From Lepidodermella squamata (lineage: Eukaryota; Animalia; Gastrotricha), in the NCBI GenBank assembly GCA_047495785.1, contig JBLDXI010000019.1, forward strand, positions 2,232,001-2,296,000: a stretch of DNA of 64,000 bases, given 5' to 3'. A program made the translations under genes and the position numbers. The notes under the pieces were generated by a model that ran no database searches, was not told where the DNA came from, and was given only the letters and a program-made list of their open reading frames with translations. Shown here piece after piece: positions 23,866 to 36,400 of this stretch (position 1 is its first letter; every line of letters starts with the position of its first letter).

Positions 23866-26800
23866 TCATTCGACGTAGCGCGCAAGCCGCAGCCGCGGTA
23901 TGATATTCATCGACTGCAGTTCCTGGAACAGCAATTTACACGCGTACGGCATTTTCACGGACGCGATCGACTTGGACGACTTGCAGTACTGGCACCAGCC
24001 CGAGTAGCCGATCAGCCCGCACGTCGAGCAGATATCGACGTCGAACGCGTCCGATGAGAGCATGAGGCGTTCGAGGAGCAGCAGACTAGAACCGTAGCCG
24101 ATGAGGCAGTCGCGTTCCATCTCGCCGAGTCGGAGGCCGCCCTCTCGAGACCGGCCCTCCGTCGGCTGGCGGGTGAGCACGGCGCGCGGGCCGCGAGATC
24201 GCGCGTGCATTTTGTCCATGACCATGTGTTTCAGCTTCTGGTAATACACCGGGCCCATGAAAACGTAAGAAGGCAGCGGCTCGCTAATAAAATCGAAATC
24301 AATTTCTGTTTAAAGATTTTAAATAATTTAAAAATAATTATTTAATAATTCAAATATATCGATATTTTCATGAATTTTAAAAATTAGTTTTTAAACATTT
24401 TCAATCTATTTTCAAATAAATTTAATTTTCAAATAAAAAAATTAAAACTTGTATTTAAAAAATTGAAAGAAAAATCAGAAAATATTGATTTTTTTTTTAA
24501 TTCTAATGGATTTGCAGCCTAATCAATCGAAAATCGATTCCAAGGTAAACTCACCCAGTGATGCCAGAGGTGAGAAAATCTTTGCCGAGGTAATTAAACC
24601 CGTTTCTAAGCAGATCTTCCGCCATATCATCCACCTTACTGCCTCCGAAGCAAGTTCCGTACCGGAATTTGCCCTCCAAGACACCCGCTTTGCCGGAATG
24701 AAGCTCTTTCAACTTCCCAACCGTCTGGAAAAAAATTATAAAAATTTGCCAATAAAATTGGTAAATTTACCATTCGACTAGGATAGCCGTGAGGGTTCAT
24801 GATCAAATCAGCGCAAATGCCCAGGTCGGAAAACGGCATATTTTCCTGGTTTATTATAAGCCCAACAACACCCTTTTGACCGTGGCGCGACGAAAATTTA
24901 TCGCCCAGCTCCGGTCGTCGAGTTTGCCGCATTAGCAGCTTGATTAGACAGGACTCCTCCTGGTTTGAGGTCAAAATCACCCGTTCAACATAGCTAGGCT
25001 CGATTCCTTTGTACGTAACTGCGACTTCTTTGTAATCCTGAGCCTGGTCGCCGATTGGGCCGGGTTGCTCGGCCGTAGCCGTGGCTAGACTGGTCACAAC
25101 AGGGGCGTATTTATTGACAAGAACCTGGCGATTTTCGACCCGCTCGCCCGGGGCGGCGATTCCGTCCGTATCTAGGACAGAATGACGCCAAATCGGCTTT
25201 CGTGTCTGCGAATCAACCATCGGACCCATGATTTTGTCAAAAGTTTGATTCGCATATCGTTTCATGATTACAGACTGCTTTTTGTACACGATACAGCGGC
25301 CGAAACCGCGGTCAAGCGACGCTTTGTTCAACATCAACGCGTCTTCGATATCGTAGCCACTGTAAGACATGACTGAGACAATTGCGTTTTGACCGGCTGG
25401 TAACTGCTCGAAGCCGATCAGCTCGATAGTTCGAGTTTTGACCATCGGGGCTTGGGGATAGGCGAGGAGGTACAGCAACGTGTCGATTCTACAGCGCTGA
25501 TTGTAACCAATCGTGCCCATGGCTTGTTTACCCATAGCACATTGGTAGGTGTTACGAGGTGACTGGTTGTGGTGAGGGTACGGGATCAACCCGGCACAAA
25601 CGCCCAAAATAGTGAAAGGCTCGATTTCCAAATGTGAGGTATAACTGGGAAATTTACAAAATTAAAATGTAAAAATTCCACCTTAATTTTTTCTTCATTT
25701 TCGATGACTTACTCGGCAATATCCTTTTCATACATCGCAATATTAGCATCATCGGCTTCATTCACGTCCAAGTACTCGATTAACCCTTCGCGAAGAAAAT
25801 CTTCAAAATTTCTGAAAAATATTAAAAAAAAACATTTTTATTTCCAAAATATGTTTTCATGGACGAGACAAAAAGCCAAGAGATATTTCAGGATTCAACA
25901 AAGAAGGTCTGTGATCACTGTAATTCAAGTTCATCAAAGAAAGTGCGTAGATCAACGAATTTAGGGCAGGACTCATAGCAGCTAGCATGCCTAGAAATTG
26001 AGCAAAAAGCTTCTCGCCGGCGAACATCGGCGCAAATCCCTCGAAAACCTGCACGAGTTGAAACGAAATAACAGGCAGCCAGCAGGCGAAATGCGCTAAT
26101 TGAATTAACAGACACATTTTTGTAAATTCCCGCGTTCTTCGAGTTGCAGGAATAATCCGAGGCGAATTAATGCTATCTCCAACCGAAAATTTCAGCGAGT
26201 AAATTTTGAAGATTATACGCAAGTAACATAGCGGGAATAACATGCCGGGGAAAACGATGATAACTAGGAACAGTTCAAGAGCTGCGTATCCTTTAAGGTA
26301 GGCGCACATCGACTTTTCATAAATCGTACATTTCCCACTCGCCGGGTCAAGATCGTAGAAGAAAAGAAGCGAAAAATTCAGCATGAAAGGGACAGTCCAA
26401 AGCAGGAAAACCAGCGCGATTTTCGTGATTACTTTCGCGTCTCGAAACGGATTTAAAACCCAGGGATGAATTGTTGCGAAAAATCGTTCAATAGCCAGGA
26501 CACAAAGACATAGCGCGACAACGCCGGGTAATTGGACTTGAAATAACGGCAAAATTTTGCACAGCAGCTGCGACTCAAAGACCCATTTATCAGTCCAAAT
26601 TTGGATAACATTGATTGGAATGTTGACCAAAGACCAGACAAATTCGGCGAGGACGAGGGAAATCAGGAACGGGTTCGGCCTCACCGCCCCGAAATAGCAC
26701 TTATATCGTACGAAATTGATGAAATTCGCGAAATTAACGGCGATTACGATGATGAAAATGACGAAATACGCAGCGGTTAGCAGACATTTTAGCCGAAAAT

Positions 26801-29215
26801 CAGGGTGTGCAAGGTGTTCGGTCATATAATCGGCGAAATCGTCAGAGACCAGCATGGTTATTCAAGAAAATTAGGTTGCAAGAATAAATGAAAGTAAAAA
26901 TTGGCTGTAAGTGAGCGCCGGCGCAGTAGTAAACATCCGCTGTCGATTTTTAAGGTGGATGAGGAAGTGAGTGGCTCGCCATATGGTCACGCAAGTAGTA
27001 AGTGAGCGAAAAATTAGACGGCGCGCGCGCGGTCAAATTAGGTAAATTGAGCCGCAGAAAAACAAAACTCGAGTATATCAAAAGAATACAGCCGTAGTTG
27101 TAGCAACAAACCTGAAGCCTTTCGCTAGTTGGTCGATGTGCTCGCTCGTAACCATTGGTTTGCCATTTTCGACAATTATGTACGGCCTGTTTTTAGAAAC
27201 AACAAGTAAATCAAAAACGCATCAGCATTTCACAAATAGCAGGTGAAATTTCTAACCACATTAGGGCTAAAATCACCGGAAACTATCCTTTCAGCAACAG
27301 TATTCATAAATTTTACGACAGATTAAAAATCAATAGTTATGATTTCGGCCTTTAACAGGCAAAATTAAAAAAAATCCTCCCTAAATTTCAAATTTGATTG
27401 GAGCCAAAATATAAATGAATTTATTTCTGACCTGACAAGACGGCCATCGTCGCAGGCAATCATAACGACTCGATACCGTTCGTCCTTCGTTATCGACACA
27501 AATTCATGAATCCGACCTTGCCGACGTAGTTTTCGCAGCTGCCAGATCAAATCAGTCGGATCAGCCGTCACGCCCAGTAATTGCCCATTAACAAAAACCT
27601 GCCAGTTGTGTGGGGCATGCAGTTCATCCGCATCAATCACATTCAGATGTTCGACGCCGAGAGCGTAACAAAGTCTCACAACCGCAGCCGTGTCCATATC
27701 AGTGGTTACGTGGGTCATTAGCGCCAGATTTTTGACAAGACCACAAGCTTCACCCTCAGGGGTATCAGCCGGGCAGAGAATGCCCCATTGAGAGGGTTGT
27801 AACGACCGAGGGCCAGCGACTTTCCTCGTTTTTTCGAACTGACTCGTAATTCGAGTCATCATACCGAACGCGGCGATGAAAGATAGGCGAGATAACACCT
27901 GAGAAACGCCAACTCGCTCCATCTTGAAACGTTTAATCGTCCAATTTCCGGTTGAAATCGCGTTTGCAAGGCCTGTTGTGATCAAATCTTGCCGCACATG
28001 CTTTACAATATCAAATTGAGCGGCGCGAGGTTTCGGAATGGTCATATCAGCGATTCGTTTCAACTCGGAGTTGAATCGTTTAAACAAATCTTCGAAAAGC
28101 AGGGCAACCAATTGACCCGGCATTTCAAGTCGTTTATTACCGTAATAATCTCGATCATCGACATAGCCGTCCAACTTCGCCATGATAACCCGCCGAACCA
28201 TGACTCCGATGTAGGCAGCTTTCGGCCGGAAATCCCAGTTGATAACTGGAACGTTTGGTAATACGACTGTATGGAGTAACTCCCGAGCTTCTTCCGCCTT
28301 GGTCGATCGGCGATAACCGCCCGGAAATTGAGATGGGCGAATTTTAGTGCCGAGGTGGTTCAACGCTTGCTGTTGCGTGAACACACCCAAAGTTCGACAT
28401 TCTTCCATAGACGCGACCAGTTGTTCGGCAATTCGATCTTCCCAGCCGACTAGTTTGACGAATTCAAGATCAGATTCAACCCCCATAGCCTTGAAAACCA
28501 CCACAATGGGTAGCGGTTGGGCGAAGGAGTTGTGCTTCAGATAAAATTTCCCATTTTTCGTGATTAAATCAGTACGAGATTTTCGTTCATGGGTCGAACT
28601 TGTTACGCAGCAAAACGGGGTGTCGTCTTTCGAACTGATTTCTACAATCATTCGATTTCGTTGAAGTTGTTCCTGAATCAAAACAACCCGCTCCGTCCCT
28701 CGCACGATGAAATAACCTCCAGGGTCGTAAGGGCATTCGTATAATTTCGCTTGTTCAGCTTGAGTTTTGCCATTAAGGGCACATTTGCAAGAACGAAGCA
28801 TGATTGGAAGTCTACCGATGGGCAACTCGTTTCTGCAAACCAGCTGATTGCCGCGCATGTATTCAACATCGACGTAAATAGTCGCGGAATAGGTCAAATC
28901 ACGCAACCGGCATTCGTGGGGTGAGACTGGTCGCGTTATATTAAAGCCCTCTTCAACATCAGGCGAGCCAACGTAAATGTTTTTGTACTTGAGATAAAAC
29001 GATGGATCAGCATCACTCATAATTTGGCTATTCGCGTTCATTATATTTTTCATCTCGACGTTGACGAAATGATCGAACGAGTCGATGTGTTGTTTGACCA
29101 AGCCACGAACTTTCAAAAAAGCCGGTACCAGTTTCCATTTCTCCTCGATTTCTTTGATCGGTGCTGCAAGCTCAGCCGCATCGGGCTTCGCTTCACTTTT
29201 CACAGCCTCCGTCAT
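23866..29215 (-). CDS. POLR3B: RNA polymerase III second-largest subunit RPC2 (6 exons)
   Basis: [92 protein letters not shown] small exon 27112..~27188 ([10 protein letters not shown]...) is missing from the ORF track. The first in-frame ATG is 29215. Confidence 0.97.
25857..26855 (-). CDS. Intronless class A (rhodopsin-like) GPCR nested in POLR3B intron 2, same strand
   Basis: Seven hydrophobic helices; FLISLVLAE (TM2), W.F...[15 protein letters not shown] (DRY-equivalent), [12 protein letters not shown] (NPxxY-equivalent). Confidence 0.85.
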   Translation of the reverse strand: MLVSDDFADYMTEHLAHPDFRLKCLLTAAYFVIFIIVIAVNFANFINFVRYKCYFGAVRPNPFLISLVLAEFVWSLVNIPINVIQIWTDKWVFESQLLCKILPLFQVQLPGVVALCLCVLAIERFFATIHPWVLNPFRDAKVITKIALVFLLWTVPFMLNFSLLFFYDLDPASGKCTIYEKSMCAYLKGYAALELFLVIIVFPGMLFPLCYLRIIFKIYSLKFSVGDSINSPRIIPATRRTREFTKMCLLIQLAHFACWLPVISFQLVQVFEGFAPMFAGEKLFAQFLGMLAAMSPALNSLIYALSLMNLNYSDHRPSLLNPEISLGFLSRP

Positions 29216-29400
29216 GCAACGATTTGCTGTCACATTTAATAACTTCTAAATTAATGTCAAATTTAGTTCATCTAACCTTCGAATATCCAGCAGAAAAAAC
29301 AACAGAATTGATTATGATAGAATCTTCTTTCATTTTTATTAACTTCTCCGTTTCCAGCACTTCTGATTTCACACAAAATGCGCAAGTGAAAGTATCTAAT

Positions 29401-29772
29401 TTACTCCGACTCGACGTTCATCGTCTGCTGACCTTTGAAGTCGACGCAGGGCACATATGTGACGAGGGTGTACAGCTTGTGAGGCGAGTCTTCGTCTTCG
29501 TTACGCTTGCGCGCGAGACGGACGCGAACGCGCCGAGGGACGTTCTTCACACCGCGAGACCAGAGGTGCTTGTTAAGGCGGATGTCGACGCGGACGTCTT
29601 CAGTGCCCATCGCCTGGCGAGCGAACTTGCGGACGATCTTGATGGTTTGTGGGGCGCGGCGCTTGAAACCAACACCGTGCACGCGCTTGTGCAGGTTGAT
29701 GGTGTACTCGCGGGTCACAACCTCCTTGGTGGAGGACTTCTTTTTCTTCTGGTCCTTATCGCCCCTTTTCAT
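29401..29772 (-). CDS. RPL31: 60S ribosomal protein L31 (eL31)
   Basis: [25 protein letters not shown]...[37 protein letters not shown]. Confidence 0.98.
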   Translation of the reverse strand: MKRGDKDQKKKKSSTKEVVTREYTINLHKRVHGVGFKRRAPQTIKIVRKFARQAMGTEDVRVDIRLNKHLWSRGVKNVPRRVRVRLARKRNEDEDSPHKLYTLVTYVPCVDFKGQQTMNVESE

Positions 29773-30793
29773 CGTTTATAGATAAAAGGTCCTATGAAAA
29801 GCGAATGTAACATTAAAGAGGGTAATTAAAAAATAATAAAGTGACAAGTAACACACTTTGACTGACATCAATTCAATCAAGATCATCACAAGGAGATGGA
29901 CGAGATCTAATATGAGCGACCTGATCTAAGAATGTTATCGATAATAAAATAAAAAATCAAATCATCCCAATAAAAACTCAAGGTACTTCTATGGAATATT
30001 GTCATAACCGGCGAAACACAGACATTGTGTTTCAAATCATTAAGTAAATGGGGCCTTTCCTTAGAATGCCTCAATAAGCAATAGTGAAGCTTTCACAGCC
30101 TTCACAGTCATGAAAGACATCGCAGAAAAGCTGAAAAGGTTTCACGCGGTCATAAAGTTAGTTCCATCCTCCATCAAATGCAGTGACGTTGAGACCTGAG
30201 GACGATTAGCAGCTTTATCGGTGGTTTCTTGCTTCGAGGATTATGGAATCAACAGAGCACTACCGCTTGTGTCATCCAGATGAAAGATTCAGGTAAAGTC
30301 GGCGACAAGACAACCCTTACTCAATCCCATTGCATCGCGGCAAGCGACTCCGACTTCGCCTCTCAGGATCCCCATCGCGCAATCGCGGCTTTTCAAAAAA
30401 CTAAAAACGTGGTTCGGGATCAGCGGCTGGTTTCGAATTTAATTTCTTTAAAATTATTATTAACTGAAAATAAATATTTTTAAATAGTATTTCAATAATT
30501 TTATTTTTATTTAGCGGGCTTTTTTTTCGTCGCCGCGCCAACAAGCGGTTTGTAGCGCGCAGGTAGCTTGCTTTTGCCGCTCCCGCCTCCTGCCTCTCGC
30601 CACCCTTACCTGCGAGAAGTTTTTACTGTTGAGACCGTTGAAATTATTGACACTGTTACATGTAAGCTGAGAGTTGAAACAGATTCTATGCATTTCTACA
30701 TGCCTGAGTATTTTCTCTTCCATTAATTATCGTGTTATTGAATTTTACATCTAATTTTTAACATTTCTCTTAACATTTTCCTAGCGCTTTACG

Positions 30794-31255
30794 ATGACTG
30801 GTCCTTACAGGCGCAAGAAGGTTCATCGTGGAGGGCATCAAGTTCGTCGGCTCGACAAGACAAAACGAATGGCGAAGGGAATCGATCAAGTTGACGACGA
30901 GTTGAAAAAACCGAAGAGTCTGCCTTTTAAAAAACAGCTTGATGAAGATCTCCCTGGGCAAGGGCGGTTTTACTGTTTCACTTGCAGGTTAGTTCAGACG
31001 GAGTGTTAATTTTCGTTAATTTTCATCCTTTACTCATTCATCTGCAGCAAGCATTTTATCAACAAAGAATCGCTGAATCGTCACAAAAATGAAAAACCCC
31101 ATAAGAGAAGACTGAAAGCATTGGAAGTTGAACCATACAGTCATGCAGAAGCCGAAAGAGCCGCCGGTATGGGCAGTTACGTTGCTCCTAAAACACGCGA
31201 TATTGTTGCGATTGTCAAAAAGGCCGAAGAAGAAACTGCCGAATGTGCAAATTAA
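30794..31255 (+). CDS. ZNF593: Zinc finger protein 593 / Bud20 (pre-60S factor), 2 exons
   Basis: [15 protein letters not shown]|SKHFI....L..H...[29 protein letters not shown]; intron 30988..31047. Confidence 0.92.
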
Positions 31256-31306
31256 ACGATTCCATATTTAATCAATTTTAAATTCAAAATTTAGTGATTT
31301 AATGAT

Positions 31307-33361
31307 ATGGAAGATCTTGAATACGAACTGAGCACCATAACTTGCGACATCGATGATGTTGAAGAGGAAATTCAAGTTCTTCAGGACAAGCGACGTGCGT
31401 TGCATGAACGGAAACGCCAAATCGAGCAATTACTGAAGCAAAAATCACAAGAGCAAGCTCCGTCCTCCTTGGCTCAATATGCTCAGGAGAATTTCCCATG
31501 GTCGGAAAAATTGCGGAAAACTGCTCTTGATACTTTTAAAATTGCGAATTTCCGAGAGCTGCAGTTACCATGCATTAACACTACTCTAAGCAAAAAGGAT
31601 TGTATTTTGATTATACCCACCGGCGGCGGAAAATCATTGACCTATCAACTTTCTGCTGTTATTTCGACGGGCTGGACCCTTGTCATTTCACCCCTCATCT
31701 CGCTGATGGAAGACCAAGTCATGATTATGCAGAAATTGAATGTTGACGCCCGCCTGCTAGCTGCTGCGACTTCAAAGGAGGAACAAAAATCAATCATGGA
31801 CGACATGGCTAATGCGGTACGCAAAGAACACGCATTTTGCTTTGGATGATGTCATTCTTTTGCAGAAATCCTCACTGAAATTGTTATACGTTACGCCCGA
31901 ACGATTAGCCAAGTCGAAGAAGTTCATGTCCAAACTTGAAAAGGCTCATCAAATGGGTATTTTAGCCCGCATTGCTATCGATGAGGTTCATTGCTGTTCG
32001 CAGTGGGGCCACGATTTCAGACCTGATTATAAATTTCTTGGTATATTGAGGCAACAGTTTCCAGGTGTTCCGCTGCTTTGTCTAACCGCGACTGCTTCCA
32101 GTGAAGTTATTGAAGACGTCAAAACTGTGTTGAATCTCCCTGCCTCAACTGTCTTGTACCGGGCATCATTCAATCGGCCTAATTTGAAATATGAAGTTTA
32201 CGAAAAATCATCACAGGGAGCAGCTTGTTACGATGCGATGGCTAATTTAATCACGCGAGAATTTCCCGGTCAGTCAGGGATTGTTTACTGCCTATCGAAA
32301 AAGGACGCAGAAGAAGTTGCGCATGAATTGGGAAGTCGAGGTCATCGAACTGGGATTTATCACGCTGATATCAATCCTGCTCAGCGTTCTCAAATTCACC
32401 AAAAATGGATTTCAAATAAAATAACGGTAAAAATCCTCGAATGCTGAAATAAATTCTTTGTAAACTGAGTTATTTCCCACAGATTGTTGTTGCTACCATT
32501 GCTTTTGGTCTTGGCATTGATAAGCCCGACGTCCGTTTTGTGATTCATCATTCATTGAGTAAATCATTGGAAAATTACTACCAAGAGAGTGGTCGATGTG
32601 GACGAGATGGAAACCCCGCTCGGTGTATTCTCTTCTTCCGATTAGCCGATGTCTTTCGAGTTTCCTGCATGGTCTTTCACGAACGCAATACGCTACCTAA
32701 ATTGTACGCTATGCTTCGATATGCTTGTTCAGTCGACGTTTGCCGCAGAAAATTGATGGCTGAAATTTTTGGTGAAAAGGTTGGCAAATTCTTCATCTAA
32801 TTTTTCGTTTCAAACCTGATTTTTATTCAGGTTCCTCAATGCAATTCTCAATGCGATATTTGTTGTGGTCGATTTTCGAATCTCAAAACTCTGGACTGTT
32901 CAAGTATTGCCGCCGAAATTCTTCCGGAATTGTTTCCTACCGGGCAAAATAATTCGAATCGCTTGACGTTCAACAAAACCCAGGATAAACTTTCAAAACT
33001 CAAATCTGTAAAATCTCTCGGCCTTGGTCAGGCTGAAATCGAGCGAATCGTCTCGCAAATGTTGATGGATAGATTGATTAAGGAGGATTTTCACTTCACA
33101 CCTTACAGCACTATAAGCTATCTCGTCCCAACTCCTTCAGGCGCGAGGCATCTTGAAAAAGGCACATTATCGGTAAAAATTCTAATCGCCGATAAGAAAA
33201 TTGCTGAAAAACCGGCCGCTGTGAAAAAGCGTGAAATTAAAATAACCGAGCCTAAAGAAGCGGCTTTCGGAAAATCAGAACCGGTTATTAAAATGCCGAA
33301 GAGAAAACCTGCGACGCCTGATAAGATCGAAATAAGCGACGACGATCTCATATTCGAATAA
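31307..33361 (+). CDS. RECQL: RecQ1-type DNA helicase (4 exons)
   Basis: [73 protein letters not shown], Zn site CRR...C...[17 protein letters not shown]. Confidence 0.95.
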
Positions 33362-33405
33362 TTCGGGGCTTGAAATAAATATCCTTTCTTACTAGAATTT
33401 TTAAA

Positions 33406-36400
33406 ATGGATAGTTATAGTTTGGAAGATTTGGCTCGCAGAGCTGAGCGGATGGCCGAAAGTTTGCAGCAGCGTCAAACTGGTGCGGCCCTAGCTCAATC
33501 GGGTCTTCCGAATGGGGCTGATGCGGTTGATATGATGCGACCGATTGCAAGAAATCTACGCCAAATGCGAGAAGCTGGTTCGAGATTGTCGAACCGCCTG
33601 CAACAGGGCGGTGCTTCACCTGGTCTAGGGCCGTCTAGCGGGGCCGAAAATATGTCGCCGCTATCTGAGGAGACCGGAATTCGGTTTTTGGCTCGAGCCG
33701 GAGTTGACGTGAGAACTCTGACCTCAGATTCTGGCGATCGACTTCGGGCTAAATTGGCCGAGGCGACTGGTCAATCCGGGTCAGGATCCGGGCCGATGGT
33801 CAGCGATGAATCGGTTTCATTCTGCGATATCAAGGGCTGGGTCGAAAAGAATGAAAGTGCGACGATTGCGTCGATTTTGGAGGAAACTCGTCGCAGGACG
33901 TCCGAGGAATGTGTCGAGCGGTATTGGGCTGTTATGGAGTCTGAACAGGCGCGTTTGAAGCGGAAGTTGAAGGAAACGTTGACCGCGACGTTATCAATGC
34001 CGGCTGCTTCTGCGGCTCCGTTGACCCCGGCTGGGGGCTATAACCCATTGGCAGATGTTAGCATTCTTCAAACTTCGACTAACGCGGCGATTTTCCACAA
34101 TCGCTTAGATTCAGATTACTCAAAGATTGTAAGTTTGTTGAAATATTGGATTTGAACCATGATTAACTTGTGATATATTTTTAAGGTGGTTGACTACATG
34201 ACTGGCGCTGTTCCGTCTCGCCAAGGAACTGAAGGCCTTGTGGCTAGATTTCGAAAGGCTGCTGTCGAAAATCAATCTGAGGTGAGCATTTTTAGTCACT
34301 AGATTTACATTCTTAACAGTTTCTATACCTATTTCTGACTTGGCTTGGAACTGATAAAAATATCAAGTAATTAATAACATAAGCCTGCATATCTAAAAAT
34401 TGTAAAAATTGCTGCAAGATGCGTCGATTCACGCGTAAATGAGCTAGGCGGAATTGAACTCGTTTTTTTCAGTGCAAAAGACATGGCGTGCGCATAGTAG
34501 TACTATTCCAGTAAACAAGAACCATTCATGCAACTGCGCGCTCTATACTTGTGTGCATTTCGGATATAGATGAATTCATTGCATCAATCTGGGTTTCATC
34601 GTTTTCATTTAAATTTCCCCTCGACCGCGCTCAGTAGACACAAGAAATATTCCTTGTTAAAACCGTTGAGAAAAAGGTTAGGGATATAGTTAATCGGCGT
34701 ACACTTGTAAGAGCTTGCGAAGACGGTCAGATTTAGGCATTTGTGATTTTTGCTAATTTCGTGCTTATAAATAAATCGGGCTTAAAATGCATTTTACATT
34801 TTTACATTCTCAAAAGCCAACTTCGAATGATCTAGAATGATCTGAAATCTGCCGGGAATAAAGGATGCCTAACAATTCGTTCCACTGACAAATAGCAGCT
34901 GAAATATGCTTACTTGCGTATTTTCCGAGGCGAATTGCGGAAAAATTAGCTTGCTTCGCTAAAAAACGACATTTAAATCTCATAGAACAGCATCGAAGGC
35001 CCTTGGCTTTAAGAAATTACATCTATGATTGTGTAATTGCGCATTAATCAACTTCACGATTTTTGCTGCTTCGAACCAATCGATACAATTTGAGCAAAAA
35101 GAATTTGAAAAATTTACGATTTTTTTTCAAATTGGCCTACACGTTACGGAATTGTTTCAGTGGCAGACACTTTTGAGTGCCGGAAAAAAGTCGGAGGACT
35201 GTCATCAACTGAATATTTGAACTGTTCAATATCTCCTGAATTTATTAATTTTGTGTGATATAACTTAATTTTCAATTTTTATTTTCCCCTCAGCTATCAG
35301 TTGATGTTTGGGACTATTTTGCTGACACTCTCATTCCTCATCTTGTCGTTTCTGGTTCGGCAAAATCCGAGACGATTCAACGCCTTCGATTCGAACCTAC
35401 CTTACTGCTCGAACCCACCGGCCTTCTGTCTCGAAATATCGAGTATCTGGAAAAGCGATTTTACCGCCGAATTTCTCAAGAAGTCTCGCATTCACCTGAC
35501 GGCGGTGTCGTAGCAAATTCTGGCCGTCTCGAGCCTGGCTCCCTCGGCACAGTTCGTTGCTACGTCAGCCTGCACCCGCCGCCTGCCGGGTGTGAGGTCA
35601 ACTCAGGCCAGCCGGTGTGGTGTTACGCCTACTATTGCATGCGATGCGGCGACACTGAAGCCGCGGCTCGTTTGCTGAGCGCGATTGGTGAACGCGCGCT
35701 GGGTGACTATTTGACATCAGACGATACGAATCGCGCAAGCCAGGAACGAGTCGCCCTCCTGCAGACTTACGTTTCAAGGTAATGTTCCGAATAATTAATA
35801 AATTAATAAAATTAATGTCTCAATGAGTAAAAATTATTGGCCGGGCGTATAGTTAACTCATAGAGAACGAAATGATCAAAGGTGACACGTGCGGATTCGC
35901 AATGGAAAAGAAACATAGAGAACAGAAGTACTTTCATAATTTCATTGTTTTTCCATTAAGAGGGATTTTTTAACTTTTTGAAAATTCTTCAATTTCAACG
36001 TTTTTAAGTCATATTCATTCAAAACCATTTTATTTGGGTATTTACTCTTGGTAACTCTTAAAAATGTTCGTGCTTCTGATACCCTGCAACTATAATATGG
36101 TAATCCTTGTTAGCTACCGATAGCAGTGAATAAAATGGCTCGAAATGAATTTTCAATGGAAAACAGGTGTTTAAATTTTCGTGTTTTTAAGTTTCGTGAT
36201 TTCGGAAAAAAACAAAAATTTGAGCCACAACGAAATATAAGCCGTATACAGTACTAAATAGCGCATGTAGCTAATTTCTCGCCCACTAAATCAAACTCTT
36301 TCCTCTGGATTCCTGCCTCGACTTTCGCGACTTCAGGGTCCAGGGTCAGCTTTGAAGCTTGATTTCACGAGTGAAAACATGGAGAGGTTAGAGGCGACCT

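Noticed and set aside
29161-29785. 206-aa and 92-aa plus-strand ORFs
   Set aside because: Antisense to the codon-biased RPL31.
29860-29890. C-box (GTGATGA, minus strand) suggesting a C/D snoRNA upstream of RPL31
   Set aside because: No downstream CTGA D-box before the acceptor.
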